Source: Macrostomum lignano (lineage: Eukaryota). Taken from it: a stretch of DNA of 64,000 nucleotides. The translations under genes were made by a program, and so were the position numbers. Positions 62,601-64,000 of the stretch are shown here, in pieces. The stretch lies in assembly GCA_002269645.1 (NCBI GenBank), contig NIVC01000414.1:560595-624594 (forward strand), given 5' to 3'. Each line of letters begins with the position of its first letter. The stretch's first letter is position 1. Below the pieces are notes generated by a model that saw nothing but the letters and a program-made list of their open reading frames with translations, did no database searches and had not been told where the DNA came from.

Positions 62601-64000
62601 GTACGAACAGTACGCCGACTTCAAGTGGCAGTGCCGCGCTAAACAGGCCAACCCGAACACTGGTAAAATACTACCTACACGAAAAAGCTCGACTTTGTCA
62701 AGGTACCATCGAAAATTAAAATCCGCCTTCAATACTACAACAAGTGGTATGGGTACGACGAGCGCGACCTCAGGTTCTATATGCTTCGGGGCGGAGTGGC
62801 CCTCATCCGATGCGATGCTGGCTACTATGAGTAAGCTATCCATGAGGCATACTTTTCAAAGCTGTCAAAGTATTATTATTTATCGATTATAAATTATAGC
62901 TCGTAAGTAGCAATCTCATTAACTTTCTCTTTACTCATTTGATTTTCAAAAGGGGCGGACGACTGTCAGAAATCCCGTATCCTCACCGGTATGAGTTCTA
63001 CATCCTGGGCCAGGATGGCCTGCCGCACTACGCCTCCCCGGCTGGCAACACTCTGACCCTCACAGACATATCCGAGACGCTTGATAATAAAGAAATTATT
63101 TGCTTTGTTCGACCACAGAATGACTCGGACATTGCTACAAAGGGCATCGGGCAGCGCTACTTCAAGGTTACCGTCTTCAGTAAGTGTGCGATGCAAGGCT
63201 CCAAACTACTTAATATTTCTTTCTAACTTTACCGACTGGCTCCATGTTGCCCTAGATGACTCTCCTAATCTACTTATCACTTTCTGTCTCAAATACAAGC
63301 TACAATGTGTCTTTGACTACGAGTTACTTTGACTGGCGCCCTGATTCTCCGTCTCCCTAACTCCGGCACACAGACTCTAATAGATACTGTCTGTCGACTC
63401 TCCGAATTATTCTTATTCTAAAAGACTTGCTGACCCTTGACAGTCCCAGATTGGCTCCCAGACTTCCTTCAAATTGACTCCCTGGTTCCTGGCCCTGATC
63501 TAGGCCCAAGTTGCTCATAGTCTACCATTGTTGAACATGCCCCCCGTTCATTTAAAATCAGCTATGCCGAGAAGCCCAGCATCCTGGTGACAATGAAGGA
63601 CAGCACGGATCCGTCTTTAATCATTCGAAATCCCGACACCATCGAGCTGCGTCGTAACGGACCGGCGGTCGAGCTGACCTGCACGCTGCAGAACTACGAT
63701 ACCGGGGTGGACAGGACCTTCGGGAGGACAGATATCTCGACTGGGTCAAGGTAGCTACCTTAAAGATCTGTTTTGACAGTGATGTCCGTGATCTTAAGTT
63801 TTATTGCTTGACGTCCAGCTCCTCACATATCAATTGCTAAACACGGCAGTGCAAGAACTACAAATGCCTCTACGCCGAGAGAATCGCCGCACGACAACGG
63901 AAGTGTCGTCCATGCAGAAAAGCCTGGAGGGCAACAAGGCTACCCTGATGGTGCGAACAAGCTCAGTAATGAACTCTGGCATCTTCATGTGTGTTTGCAG
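50619..64000 (+). CDS. Perlecan/HSPG2-like secreted protein: signal peptide, Ig, laminin EGF, laminin B (IV), laminin EGF, multiple Ig; 3'-incomplete. Exons 50619-50970, 53173-53246, 53658-53798, 53902-54105, 54390-54491, 54570-54881, 59324-59436, 59531-59598, 59970-60355, 60507-60738, 60824-61566, 61656-61810, 61881-62034, ~62301-62702, 62953-63179, ~63562-63750, 63819->64000
   Basis: LE motif CNCKANVEGPNCDRCKRGY...DGCVPCFC; LamB motif LAAYGGKVSFTV and VTRQDVMTALTDL; VERCTLCPDPYQGAFCE; Ig motifs (LNC...W...DTGRYRC, NSGMYYC, NSGIFMC). Splice phases are consistent through exon 13 given one extra base in exon 11; later boundaries are less certain. Confidence 0.8.
51331..52656 (+). mobile_element. 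Crypton-type tyrosine recombinase ORF (DUF3504/ZMYM-related), 441 aa, intronless, in intron 1 of the perlecan-like gene
   Basis: RFATLS...IPPNTRRKELWAVRIF, FYLGKQFALREG, CLPCIYKLYVDKRP, WYQNAPVG, YTNQSLRKT, TGH...ERY motifs; hairpins flank the ORF at 51121-51179 and 52771-52794. Confidence 0.85.
55717..57665 (+). mobile_element. Truncated Chapaev/RAG1-related DNA transposon; ORF 56457-57665 (402 aa)
   Basis: N-terminal H-x7-C-x2-C...C-x2-C...C-x-C-x2-C zinc finger; first catalytic motif KIGIDGGGGSLKVVL; homology appears to stop near NSGVKKLMII; candidate left end CACACAGGTAGG at 55717. Confidence 0.65.
58232..58912 (+). mobile_element. Solo LTR, 681 bp
   Basis: TGTGACGT...ACGTCACA termini; 5-bp TSD GTGTC; AATAAA at ~58780. 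Confidence 0.85.

Overview
Eukaryotic (metazoan) genomic DNA. The GC-rich codons, poly-Ala/Gln runs, spliceosomal introns packed with (CAGA)n microsatellites and 20-31 bp minisatellites resemble the flatworm Macrostomum lignano (inference, not verified). No prokaryotic features or CRISPR arrays are present, and most long ORFs in the track are minisatellite artefacts. Four closely spaced plus-strand housekeeping genes occupy 1.5-28 kb: WDR18/IPI3, ELOF1, SIAH/sina and CC2D1/lgd; they may form a trans-spliced operon. The 3' half of CC2D1 is repeated (about 18.2-32.9 kb versus 36.1-47.1 kb), and the duplicated exons differ mostly at synonymous sites. Three antisense signal peptide-PAN/apple-fibrinogen (FReD) genes lie in and between the two copies; one is disrupted. 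From 50.6 kb a perlecan-like Ig/laminin gene runs off the window end. Its introns hold an intact Crypton-type tyrosine recombinase ORF, a truncated Chapaev/RAG1-like transposase and a solo LTR. Other mobile DNA includes two tRNA-derived SINE families (one with a CORE-like domain), hAT MITEs (one family appears to seed a satellite), a nested Harbinger-ended element carrying hAT and P-element transposase remnants, further solo LTRs, and a Penelope-type minimal hammerhead core. Several -1 frameshifts in host genes fall in homopolymers and look like long-read consensus errors.
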